This document shows, in pieces, positions 1 to 9,298 of a DNA stretch of 64,000 nt (its first letter is position 1; each line of letters opens with the position of its first letter). Origin of the DNA: Phormidium sp. GTDB lineage: Bacteria; Cyanobacteriota; Cyanobacteriia; Cyanobacteriales; Aerosakkonemataceae. The notes under the pieces are model-generated. The model was not told the DNA's origin. It saw only the letters and a list, made by a program, of their open reading frames with translations, and did not search any database. The stretch spans positions 1,632,001-1,696,000 of the forward strand of contig CP143273.1 in assembly GCA_051013385.1 (NCBI GenBank), written 5' to 3'. A program made the position numbers and the translations under genes.

Positions 1-747
1 GTAGCGGCGATTTTCCTGGGTGGACAAGTTATAGTCCATTTACTCAAAGGCAAAATTCATCGGCGCAACACCTTAGAACAAATGGCAACCGTTGGGCCAG
101 AATCATTATTAATTGCCTTGATCACAGCTGCTTTTGTGGGGATGGTGTTTACAGTGCAGGTGGCGCGAGAGTTCATCAGTTTGGGCGCAGGTAACACCGT
201 CGGTGGAGTATTAGCATTAGCCTTAGCCCGTGAACTCGCACCGATTCTGACTGCTGTAGTATTAGCAGGGAGGATTGGTTCAGCTTTTGCGGCGGAAATT
301 GGCACAATGAGAGTCACAGAACAAATTGACGCTCTGTATATGTTGAAAACCGATCCGATCGACTATTTAGTGATTCCCCGTGCGATCGCCTGTTGCTTAA
401 TGCTGCCAATTTTAACGCTCATGAGTTTAATCACTGGCTTGTTTGGCGGGTTAATCATTTCTAGTACCCTATATGGCATCTCGGAGTCAGTATTTTTAGA
501 TTCCGTGCGGGGCTTTCTCTCAGTTTGGGATATTTGTAGTGGTGAGATTAAAGCTTTTTGCTTTGGCGCTTTAATTGCCGTGATCGGTTGTAGTTGGGGT
601 TTAACTACTTCCGGGGGTGCAAAAGGTGTGGGACAATCAACCACAACTGCTGTAGTAACTGCTTTGCTAGCAATCTTTATTAGCAATTTCTTTTTGAGTT
701 GGGTAATGTTTCAAGGAACAGGCAGTGCGGTTTTTCAAAGTTTGTGA
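1..747 (+). CDS. mlaE: MlaE/TGD1 family lipid ABC transporter permease (5' partial)
   Basis: Frame 1 is open from base 1. Motifs RELAPILTAVVLAGRIGSAFAAEIGTMRVTEQIDAL and GGAKGVG are present. Confidence 0.9.
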   Translation, partial: VAAIFLGGQVIVHLLKGKIHRRNTLEQMATVGPESLLIALITAAFVGMVFTVQVAREFISLGAGNTVGGVLALALARELAPILTAVVLAGRIGSAFAAEIGTMRVTEQIDALYMLKTDPIDYLVIPRAIACCLMLPILTLMSLITGLFGGLIISSTLYGISESVFLDSVRGFLSVWDICSGEIKAFCFGALIAVIGCSWGLTTSGGAKGVGQSTTTAVVTALLAIFISNFFLSWVMFQGTGSAVFQSL

Positions 748-826
748 GTCTGGGGACTGGGGACTGGGGACTGGGGACTGGGAAAGTTCCCAGGAACAGG
801 CAGTGCGGTTTTTCAAAGTTTGTGAG
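714..826. repeat. 35-bp direct repeat of the mlaE 3' end flanking a (GGGGACT)n heptamer array
   Basis: AGGAACAGGCAGTGCGGTTTTTCAAAGTTTGTGAG occurs at 714-748 and 792-826. Confidence 0.9.
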
Positions 827-882
827 ATACTGACCATTTAAAATAGAAGTGGTTTGTGTTTGTAAGTTAGGAAGGAAAGACG

Positions 883-1269
883 GTGACTACGGCTACTCCG
901 ATCGGATCGCAACAAACAGTTGAATTAGCTCCCAGCTACACCATACCTTTAGTTTTAGTTTTGGGCGCAATACCATTGATCGTCGTGCTACCTTGGCTGA
1001 GTTTGGTAATTGCGGTTTTTGGCTTGTTCCTGTTGTTCCAAACTGTCACCATTCGGCTAAAATTTACCCCTACAGCTTTAGAAGTATATCGCTCTCAAAA
1101 ATTGATTCGCAACTTTCCTTACTCCGAATGGCAAAATTGGCGGATATTTTGGCCTCCTGTACCAATTTTGTTCTACTTTAAAGAAGTTAAAAGCATTCAC
1201 TTTTTGCCGATTATTTTCGATCCTCAAATGCTACAAACCTGTTTAGAACAGCGCTGTCCCCGGAATTAG
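883..1269 (+). CDS. DUF3119 family membrane protein
   Basis: Motif WRIFWPPVPILFYFKEVKSIHFLP; usual neighbour of mlaE and DUF3086 in cyanobacteria. Confidence 0.8.
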   Translation: MTTATPIGSQQTVELAPSYTIPLVLVLGAIPLIVVLPWLSLVIAVFGLFLLFQTVTIRLKFTPTALEVYRSQKLIRNFPYSEWQNWRIFWPPVPILFYFKEVKSIHFLPIIFDPQMLQTCLEQRCPRN

Positions 1270-1291
1270 TTGTTATTTGTTATTAGTTTAA

Positions 1292-2437
1292 ATGAATTCA
1301 GACTCATACCCTTTGCAAAAATCAGACTCAGAACCGAATATCGATGCTTGGGCAGATCCCCCAAAGGAAACTACCACAGTTGAACCGATTCCCACACCAT
1401 TGGAAATTCCAACTTCTGATTTGAATCCAGTGGTAATATTGAATAATTCATCACCAGAAAATGAAGTAAATACCTGGGAAGAAAGAGTAGCCCAATTGCA
1501 GCAGCAAGAACGGATGCTCAAACAACAGATTGCTAGTTTGCAAAGTTCCTACACGCAACAAATAGCAGAAATGCAAACTGCTATGAGTCGGGTAGTGCAA
1601 GAAAGTTTGCGAGATTTAGAACAACGACGACAAACTTTACAATTAGCAGTGGAACAATTAGAACGCCGCCAAGAACGCATTCGCAATGAAATGAAAACGA
1701 CTTTTGCGGGTGTTTCCCAAGATTTAGCAATTCGCGTTCAAGGTTTTAAAGATTATTTAGTCGGGAGTTTACAAGATTTAGCAACGGCGGCGGAACAATT
1801 AGATTTAGTTCCCCAAACTGATGAATCAGAAATGGTGGAAGTTAAAGAGGCAAAACCAACAAAAGATACCTCTGCAACTCCTCAATTTGCTGAACAAGGT
1901 TTTGAGGATCAAGCAAAGAGAATTCGCAGATTATTAGATCAGTATCGCACTCGTCCAGATTATTATGGCCCACCTTGGCAATTGCGCCGCACTTTTGAAC
2001 CAGTTCATGCAGAAAGAGCTTCTCAATGGTTCTTTACTCAAGGTGGAAAAGGTGCGTTGCGATCGCTAGGAACTCGCTTACAAAATATCTTGGTTGCTTC
2101 GTCGATCGTTTCCGTTTTAACAGATCTGTATGACGATCGCCTCCGCACTTTAATTTTGGCAAATAGTCCCGAACGTTTGGGAGAGTGGCGACGCGGTTTA
2201 CAAGACTGTTTAGGCATCTCTCGCGGCGATTTTGGGCCCGATCAAGGTTTGGTATTATTTGAAGCGCCAGAACCTCTGGCAATCAAAGCAGAAAGGATAG
2301 TTAAAGAAGGAGATTTGCCGTTAATTATTATTGACGAAACAGAAGATAAAATCAATCTTTCTGTGCTGCAATTTCCCCTTTGGTTAGCTTTTGCACCCGA
2401 TCCACAATCTCCTAGCTATTCTTCCGATCGGTATTAG
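1292..2437 (+). CDS. DUF3086 domain coiled-coil protein
   Basis: Motifs PDYYGPPWQLRRTFEP and ERLGEWRRGLQDCLG; synteny with plsY. Confidence 0.8.
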   Translation: MNSDSYPLQKSDSEPNIDAWADPPKETTTVEPIPTPLEIPTSDLNPVVILNNSSPENEVNTWEERVAQLQQQERMLKQQIASLQSSYTQQIAEMQTAMSRVVQESLRDLEQRRQTLQLAVEQLERRQERIRNEMKTTFAGVSQDLAIRVQGFKDYLVGSLQDLATAAEQLDLVPQTDESEMVEVKEAKPTKDTSATPQFAEQGFEDQAKRIRRLLDQYRTRPDYYGPPWQLRRTFEPVHAERASQWFFTQGGKGALRSLGTRLQNILVASSIVSVLTDLYDDRLRTLILANSPERLGEWRRGLQDCLGISRGDFGPDQGLVLFEAPEPLAIKAERIVKEGDLPLIIIDETEDKINLSVLQFPLWLAFAPDPQSPSYSSDRY

Positions 2438-2624
2438 TTGGGGATTCGGGGTTGGGGATGATGGCGAAGTTGGGTAAGGAAATAAACACAGCTTTACCCA
2501 ACGAATCCTAAAAACCCGGTTTCTTTAGGAGGTGGCGAGATTGCAAGGGAAAATAGCAACAGAAACCGGGTTTTTGCATAACTAGTGACTTGGGTAATTA
2601 TTAAAAATTTTTACTTCAAAAAAG

Positions 2625-3278
2625 GTGATTGTTGTGGGGATAGCTATTAGTGTTGGGTTGTTGTTAGTGGCTTATTTGTTGGGTTCTTTTCCCACAGGTT
2701 TTTTAGCTGCTAAATTGTTGAAAGGTATTGATATTCGGGAGCAAGGTTCCGGTTCTATTGGCGCAACAAATGTGCTGCGAACTTTGGGGAAAGGGCCTGC
2801 AATTGTTGTATTGTTAGTGGATGCGCTCAAGGGTGCTTTGGCGATCGCTCTAGCAAACTGGCTCTATCCTTTCACTAATAACCAAATACCTTTACCTTGG
2901 TTAGTTACTTTAGCCGGATTATTCGCTGTAATTGGGCACAGTTTACCCATTTGGTTGAATTTCAAAGGTGGTAAATCAGTGGCTACAAGTTTGGGCATTC
3001 TGTTAGCAATGTCTTGGCAAGTAGGTTTAGCAACTTTGGGTGTTTTCGCGTTTGTCGTGGCAATTACAAGGATTGTTTCTATTAGTTCGATTTCGGGTGC
3101 GATCGCAGTTTCCCTATTCATGATTTTGTTTAAACAACCACTGCCATATTTAATATTTTCCTTAGCTGGAGGTGCTTATGTAATTTGGCGACACCGCAGC
3201 AATATTCAGCGGATAATTGCAGGTACAGAACCGAAAGTTGGGCAAAAATTAGCAACTGAAATCGAGCAAACTACTTAG
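2625..3278 (+). CDS. plsY: glycerol-3-phosphate acyltransferase PlsY
   Basis: Motifs YLLGSFP, GSGSIGATNVLR, FKGGKSVAT and HRSNI. Confidence 0.95.
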   Translation: MIVVGIAISVGLLLVAYLLGSFPTGFLAAKLLKGIDIREQGSGSIGATNVLRTLGKGPAIVVLLVDALKGALAIALANWLYPFTNNQIPLPWLVTLAGLFAVIGHSLPIWLNFKGGKSVATSLGILLAMSWQVGLATLGVFAFVVAITRIVSISSISGAIAVSLFMILFKQPLPYLIFSLAGGAYVIWRHRSNIQRIIAGTEPKVGQKLATEIEQTT

Positions 3279-3302
3279 AAACAGAAAGAATCATCAGGAA
3301 AA

Positions 3303-3501
3303 TAGACTTCGTGCAGAATTACGATGATATCATGTCCGGTCGATTACCCATAATTAGGAGTTTTTATTGTGGGTAATTCAACGGACATGATATGAAATCC
3401 TTTTTGGATGACAGATTGACTAATTTTGTTATGTTCTTAACAGAACCTAATAAAGCCAAGTTTTTCAAGTTGGAAATCTAAATAATTCTGCAAGATGTCT
3501 A
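3303..3501. repeat. nested MITE-like inverted-repeat elements
   Basis: Outer IR TAGACTTCGTGCAGAATTA / TAATTCTGCAAGATGTCTA (17/19 match). Inner IR ATATCATGTCCG...CGGACATGATAT at 3327-3393 is related to 51381-51484. Confidence 0.65.
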
Positions 3502-3558
3502 ATGTAATTTACTCGCTTATTATAAGTTTAGAGTGTAAGTCTCGGTTAAACTGCATAT

Positions 3559-5268
3559 TTAGTCAAATGTCGATGGTTTGCTGCCAAGTATTTGTTGTGT
3601 TTGGGTATCACTAACCAGTGTTTCTGAAATATTACCTAAAAAACAAATCGCGTTTTGATCTACTTCATAACCCCATTGGCGCAAATATTCACACACACCT
3701 GAAACAATCTGTGCTGCTTGTTCCCAGTCTTCTGCTTTACAGGCATGATAGTGTGCTTGAATTAGGGGTTTAATATCTTCAATATTTTGCCATTCGGTTT
3801 CTGGTTTAAGAGGAAATTTTAAAAAGTAATGGTAGGCTTGTCTATGAGCCTTAAGGAGATGTTCGTAGTTTTGAGATAATATTCGATATGCTTTTTCTTG
3901 AATGATGGGATGAATTTGATAGGATTGTTTTACTGGGTGATAATAAAGTAATTGCCGACGTTTGAGGGCACGGAGGATGTTTTCTTTAAGTTCATATTGG
4001 CTTACTTCTGGCATTTGAGCGGCAATAGCATTATAGTTTAGGTTAACTTCTGAAGTTCGGTAAATAGAAAGTCGGCTAATACAATTTCGTTCTAACTCGC
4101 TGAGGCGCTGAAATATTGGCTCAAGGAAATTTTCAATTTCTTGAATGAGCAACCAGTCTCTATCTTGCAAAAATTTGCCAACGTTTCCCAGATATTCCTC
4201 ATCATTACAAATTAAGTTGGCAATGAGTTGCAAAGCTTTAGGGTGTCCTTGATAACGATCGCTAAGTTCAGCTAATTCTGAAACCTCTCCTCCTTTCTGT
4301 GAAGGAAAAGAGTTAGGGGGCTTAGGTTCTAATTCTTGCGGCGTGTCAGTTAGATTAAAAGATTGCAATAGGGCAATTCCGGTATCTCGATCTAATCCAG
4401 TCAGCACAATTTCACGGGTAACAGTTGGGGGTAATTCTGCCAAGCTTTCCCGACTGATGAATAATAATTTGCTTTTATGTTCGGTGTCTAATAGTTGTTT
4501 AAATAACCAGGCATATTCTGTGTATGTTTCATCAAAATAGCCAGCTGTTTGTGCTAAACCAGTTTTTAAGATTGTTTCCACACTATCAAAGACAATAAAA
4601 CAAGATTTTTCTTTTACCACTTTTATGAATTGCTCGATTTTTTGATGAGAATTATTCGGTTGGGATAGAGCGATCGTGATATCTGTATGGGAAAGGACAC
4701 TCAAGAGGGAATCTATAAATACGAGAAAATTCGGGGGTATATCACCACTTGTTTGTAAAGTTTGCCATGCAGCGGCAACAAAAGGGGTAGTTTCTCCTTG
4801 CAATTGGCGAATAAGTTGACTCGCGAGAGTGCTTTTGCCGATTCCAGGTAATCCAACAATAGAAATTCCGATAATGTTTGGATTGAAAAGGTATTTTTTT
4901 ATCGCTTCAATTTCTCTGGTGCTACCTACCCAATTTCTTACAGGGGGTAGGTTTTCTGGAAGTGTGAAGTTGGTATTTTTTTCAGAAAGTATGGGTAAAT
5001 CTGCGATCGCAGATGCTAAGAGTAATTCTGTTTTCTGAATATCGCTACGTTCAATAATATCTTCCCAATTATTAATTCCTACTGCTTTACAAATATCAAT
5101 AAATGTTTCTCGCCTAATATGTTTCCGCCCCCAAAACCGTTTTAAAGTTGCTTTAGAAGTCAAGGCAGCTTTACACCACATTCCATCTGTTTTGTTCCAC
5201 CCCGGATTACGTCTGGCTATATCAATTATTTTTAACCCCTCTTCAGATGCTCTGAGTAAGCCAGCCAT
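3559..5268 (-). CDS. NB-ARC (STAND) ATPase with N-terminal HTH-like domain
   Basis: Walker A GLPGIGKST, Walker B FIVFDSVE, GHPKAL, YQIHPII; N-terminal SKATLKRFW...RETFIDICKAVG. Confidence 0.8.
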   Translation of the reverse strand: MAGLLRASEEGLKIIDIARRNPGWNKTDGMWCKAALTSKATLKRFWGRKHIRRETFIDICKAVGINNWEDIIERSDIQKTELLLASAIADLPILSEKNTNFTLPENLPPVRNWVGSTREIEAIKKYLFNPNIIGISIVGLPGIGKSTLASQLIRQLQGETTPFVAAAWQTLQTSGDIPPNFLVFIDSLLSVLSHTDITIALSQPNNSHQKIEQFIKVVKEKSCFIVFDSVETILKTGLAQTAGYFDETYTEYAWLFKQLLDTEHKSKLLFISRESLAELPPTVTREIVLTGLDRDTGIALLQSFNLTDTPQELEPKPPNSFPSQKGGEVSELAELSDRYQGHPKALQLIANLICNDEEYLGNVGKFLQDRDWLLIQEIENFLEPIFQRLSELERNCISRLSIYRTSEVNLNYNAIAAQMPEVSQYELKENILRALKRRQLLYYHPVKQSYQIHPIIQEKAYRILSQNYEHLLKAHRQAYHYFLKFPLKPETEWQNIEDIKPLIQAHYHACKAEDWEQAAQIVSGVCEYLRQWGYEVDQNAICFLGNISETLVSDTQTQQILGSKPSTFD

Positions 5269-5319
5269 TTTATTCCCGTAGCACAATTGCGATCAATTTG
5301 AATTATACATCAGTTTGAA

Positions 5320-5373
5320 GAGCCAAACAGTGAGACAAATGAGCTAAATGATTGAGCCAAATAGTGAGCCAAA
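5320..5373. promoter_or_regulatory. five GAGCCAAA-like direct repeats in a divergent promoter region
   Basis: GAGCCAAA, GAGACAAA, GAGCTAAA, GAGCCAAA, GAGCCAAA lie between the divergent NB-ARC and TrpRS genes. Confidence 0.45.
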
Positions 5374-5455
5374 AGGTTAACTATTTTAGCTTATGACAAG
5401 GCTACTCTAGTAATTCAGACAGCCAAATGTAACAAATTATTGTGTATTTTTAAAT

Positions 5456-6889
5456 ATGACAGATGCCGCTTTACTGAGAGAGAAAAACTATTCTCACAAC
5501 GTTGTATACGAGTTCGATCGCTCTAAGCAGATTAGAACGTTTATTTTAGAGAGCAGTCAGAGTGCCTTAATTTTTGTATGTGAAGACAATCTGGGATCTG
5601 AGGAAGCATTACTGGATGTATCGGTACTAGAGAAATTACTAGAATCATCGCCAGTTACATACAACCCTGGTGGAGTAGTAGATGCACTTTCGCTTGTTGC
5701 TAAAGGGAATGTAGAACGAGTAATTCTTGATGAGTCGGTTTTCGATCGAGATGTTGTCTATCTGCAAACAGTCGGACGAAATGCTGCTATTGAAATTAGA
5801 CCCGACGATCTGCGAAAAGTGCTGACAGATTTAGGCTTTAATTCTGAAGCGGACAAGCCAAAGCTGATTACTTATGATTTTGGCTACACAACTAATAACC
5901 AGACTACTCAACACCGAGTTATTTCTGGCATTCAGTCATCAGGGGATATGACTTTAGGGAATTACTTGGGAGCGATTATTAACTGGAAAAAGCAGATCGA
6001 AAAGTACGATGAGAATTTCTTTTTCATCGCTGATTTGCACAGCTTAACTGTATTGCCTGACCCGGCAGATTTGCGAAATAGAATTCGCCAAACTGTGATG
6101 ACTTTGATTGCCTGCGGTCTGGATTTAGAGAAGGCTGCACTGTTCCGTCAGAGCGATCTGGGCGGCTATCATACTGAACTTGCCTGGATTTTTAGCTGCT
6201 TGACACCAGAAGGTCGGTTACAGCAGATGACCCAAGTTAAGGATAAGTCACAGAAACAGCAAATGGTAGGGGCAGGTTTGAGGAACTATCCTATTTTGAT
6301 GGCGGCGGATATTTCTTTGTACCAGGCAACTCTTGTACCTGTGGGAGACGATCAGCGACAACACTTAGAACTATGTCGTGAGATTGTTCGGCGGTTCAAT
6401 AATCGTTATGGTTACACAATGCCTGTACCAAAGGCGGAAGTGCCAAAGGTTTTAGCGCGTGTAATGAGTCTGACAGATGGTACAAAAAAGATGTCAAAGT
6501 CAGATGAAAATCGAGATAGTTGTATCTACTTGTTAGATAGTCCAGATGAGATTAATCGCAAAATTAAACGGGCGAAAACCGACCCGAATCCTACCTTAAG
6601 CTTTGACGAAAATCGCCCTGAAGTTTTTAACCTGTTAAGTATCTATCAAGTTTTATCAGGTAAGGAAAAGGAAGCAGTTGAGCGTCACTTTGAAGGCAAG
6701 GGTGCAGCAGCACTCAAAAAGGAATTGACAGAATTGTTGGTTGAGGATTTAAAACCAATTCGAGAAAAATACAACGAGTTGGCTAGTAATCCCAGTTTAG
6801 TAGATGTTGTTTTGCAAAAAGGTAGGGAGCGGGTAGAGCCAATTGCTAAACAGACTTTGGCGATCGCAAAACAGCGTGTAGGTTTATAA
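5456..6889 (+). CDS. trpS: tryptophan--tRNA ligase-like protein with ~150-aa N-terminal extension (YbaK/ProX-like)
   Basis: Motifs SGIQSSG-MTLGN (HIGH-like), ADLHSLT, YPILMAADI, VPVGDDQRQHLE and KMSKS. Confidence 0.85.
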   Translation: MTDAALLREKNYSHNVVYEFDRSKQIRTFILESSQSALIFVCEDNLGSEEALLDVSVLEKLLESSPVTYNPGGVVDALSLVAKGNVERVILDESVFDRDVVYLQTVGRNAAIEIRPDDLRKVLTDLGFNSEADKPKLITYDFGYTTNNQTTQHRVISGIQSSGDMTLGNYLGAIINWKKQIEKYDENFFFIADLHSLTVLPDPADLRNRIRQTVMTLIACGLDLEKAALFRQSDLGGYHTELAWIFSCLTPEGRLQQMTQVKDKSQKQQMVGAGLRNYPILMAADISLYQATLVPVGDDQRQHLELCREIVRRFNNRYGYTMPVPKAEVPKVLARVMSLTDGTKKMSKSDENRDSCIYLLDSPDEINRKIKRAKTDPNPTLSFDENRPEVFNLLSIYQVLSGKEKEAVERHFEGKGAAALKKELTELLVEDLKPIREKYNELASNPSLVDVVLQKGRERVEPIAKQTLAIAKQRVGL

Positions 6890-6891
6890 TT

Positions 6892-7875
6892 ATGCGACGT
6901 TTAAGAAGTAACGTCCTCGCTGTTGGATTGCTTGCCGCATTTTGTACGGCTATTTTCAGAGGTTTAGATAACTTCACCGTACATAATCTTATTACTGCTC
7001 CCGATAAGTTAACAGCGGCATTTGCTTACCTCATTATTGGCGGTTGGACTGGTGTAATAGCTGGAACATTCTTCTCATTAATTTTAGGTAGAAAACTAAT
7101 CGATGATAAGTTTAGGAAGATTGTCTTTAACAACCGCCAGATGCACTGGTCTGCATTCATTTCTGGGAGTATATCAGCAGGTAGTACACTTTTTATTTTG
7201 CTAGGCAATCAACTTGGCGATCCCAGCGTGATAGTAGCACTTTCCAGTCTTACTATTGTCTACACAATTTTGTACGACCTATTTACAGGACAAGCAGACT
7301 GGAAATACCTTTTTCTGCCATCAATTGTCACCATCACAGGTGGTATGATGGCTGGTTTTAGTGGGTCGCTATCAGTAACGGCTATAGGTCTTTTCTATGT
7401 CGTTGTTGTTTCTAATGGTTTAGGTGCATTTTCAGAAATAATTGAACAAAAGGGAGTTCGTGCTAGCGATAGTGTCAACCTTTTCATTTGGCGTTTTTTC
7501 TGGCTTGCTCTAACTGGCACTATCCTGGCGATCGCAGTTTCTTTGGCGCGTGGATATTTTAGTTTACTTGTAACAACAATTAAACAGGGAATGATTCATC
7601 TACCTTGGGTTATTACCACTATGTTTTTTGTCTTTGTTGCTATAGGGCTGAAACTTTACTTAAAGGGAACTCAGGCAGTATCTGTAGTTCTATTAATATT
7701 ATCAGCCCAAGTTATTCTGGCATACCCGATTACTATTATTGGCGATCGGCTTCAGCCTGGATTGTTTGGTGAACTTCCTACCATTTCAATATGGATGATT
7801 AGAATTATGGGTGCGATCTTAATTATTTTCGGTATTTTTCAACTTGAGATAGGCAAAAAAAACTTCAATAAGTAA
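6892..7875 (+). CDS. multi-pass membrane protein, possibly DMT/EamA-like transporter
   Basis: About 10 hydrophobic segments; starts 2 nt after the trpS stop. Confidence 0.55.
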   Translation: MRRLRSNVLAVGLLAAFCTAIFRGLDNFTVHNLITAPDKLTAAFAYLIIGGWTGVIAGTFFSLILGRKLIDDKFRKIVFNNRQMHWSAFISGSISAGSTLFILLGNQLGDPSVIVALSSLTIVYTILYDLFTGQADWKYLFLPSIVTITGGMMAGFSGSLSVTAIGLFYVVVVSNGLGAFSEIIEQKGVRASDSVNLFIWRFFWLALTGTILAIAVSLARGYFSLLVTTIKQGMIHLPWVITTMFFVFVAIGLKLYLKGTQAVSVVLLILSAQVILAYPITIIGDRLQPGLFGELPTISIWMIRIMGAILIIFGIFQLEIGKKNFNK

Positions 7876-7899
7876 AAATTAATAAAAGAAGTAGTAACT

Positions 7900-9288
7900 A
7901 TGTCTAACATTCTAATTCGTCACGAAGTTCTAGAACTATTACAACTGGTTAACAGTGACGGTGTATCTCACTGTCATCCTGACCAAATATTGTCACAATT
8001 ACAAACAATTTGTAACCATAATCCCGATTGCATCCGCATTGAAGAAATCGGTCATTCTCGCGATCGCCATCCTCTCTACGCATTGCTGATAGGTGATACA
8101 AATAACAAGCCTATCATTGCTGCTACGGGTAACTGTCATGCAGAAGAAGCGATCGGCACAACTACAATTCTAAAACTAGCAGAAGCGATCGCATCCCAAC
8201 CCGACTTTCAACCCATCCTAGAAAATTACTCTTTTGCCTTTATTCCACAAGCTAACCCCGACGGTACGTTAAAAAACTGGGAATGGCTAAAACTCGATCG
8301 TCCTACTTACCGCGACTACCTGCGACATTACTATCGAGACAATCGTTCGGAAGATGTCGAGCATGGTATTCCTACTTCTGAAACTGCACAAGAATGCCGT
8401 CCTGAACCAGAAGCAATAGCTAAATTTTATCGTCGCTTTCCAAAAATTAGTTATTACGTTACTCTCCACTCAGCTAATATCTTTCCGGGAGCGATGTTTT
8501 TAGTCAGTGAAAAACCACCAACCGCTATTTCTGAAACATTGGGTGCAGTTACCCATCAACAAGGTTTATCTTTGTACGAAGACAACGATAATGGCATGGA
8601 TGGTTTTGAGTTTATTGAACCTGGTTTTTATGGGATTCCCCGCTTTGAAGTGATGCGGGAAAAAATGTTGGCAGGAGGAGATCCAGAGCGAATTAAAAAA
8701 TTTAAGCTCAACTCATTCCAATTAGTTGAAAGCGAATGTCAATGTCCGATGTCGTTAGTATCTGAGCTACCTTACTTTCAAGTGGTGGGGCTCGATGATT
8801 TAACGCCTTTAGCTGATTATATTCCTGTGGCTTGCGATCGGGAAGTCCTCAAACGCAAACTTGTTTATTTTGAAGAAAAAAGTGCCAAGCAACGAATGAA
8901 TTTGCTTTCTTGTCTATCAGCTTCTAATTTTTCCTCACCACTGATGGAGTTTTACCAAGAAAAAACTAAATGGTTGCTAGGAAATATAGCAGGCGATCGC
9001 CAAGATTGCCACAAAGTCAGGGGATGTCCGACTTTAATCAAAGACTTGCTCGAAGTTCGCATTCGACCTTTGATGCTAGAAGCTGAAGTAGCTGCTATGA
9101 TGGTTCGACTTTACTGTGAATCTGGAGAGAATTCGGATTGTATCAAGTCAGCTATTTCGTACTATGAGGAAACATTTAATAACGCTTGCGATCGCATAGA
9201 CAAAATTACCACAATCAAAACTCTTTCCCTAGCCGATCAAGTCAAAATCCAAGCGGGAATTATTCTATCTGGACTATTAGTAAGCTAA
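7900..9288 (+). CDS. M14 family zinc carboxypeptidase-like protein
   Basis: Motifs IGHS, HAEE (HxxE), PQANPDG and TLHS. Confidence 0.75.
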   Translation: MSNILIRHEVLELLQLVNSDGVSHCHPDQILSQLQTICNHNPDCIRIEEIGHSRDRHPLYALLIGDTNNKPIIAATGNCHAEEAIGTTTILKLAEAIASQPDFQPILENYSFAFIPQANPDGTLKNWEWLKLDRPTYRDYLRHYYRDNRSEDVEHGIPTSETAQECRPEPEAIAKFYRRFPKISYYVTLHSANIFPGAMFLVSEKPPTAISETLGAVTHQQGLSLYEDNDNGMDGFEFIEPGFYGIPRFEVMREKMLAGGDPERIKKFKLNSFQLVESECQCPMSLVSELPYFQVVGLDDLTPLADYIPVACDREVLKRKLVYFEEKSAKQRMNLLSCLSASNFSSPLMEFYQEKTKWLLGNIAGDRQDCHKVRGCPTLIKDLLEVRIRPLMLEAEVAAMMVRLYCESGENSDCIKSAISYYEETFNNACDRIDKITTIKTLSLADQVKIQAGIILSGLLVS

Positions 9289-9298
9289 AGGTAGTGCA

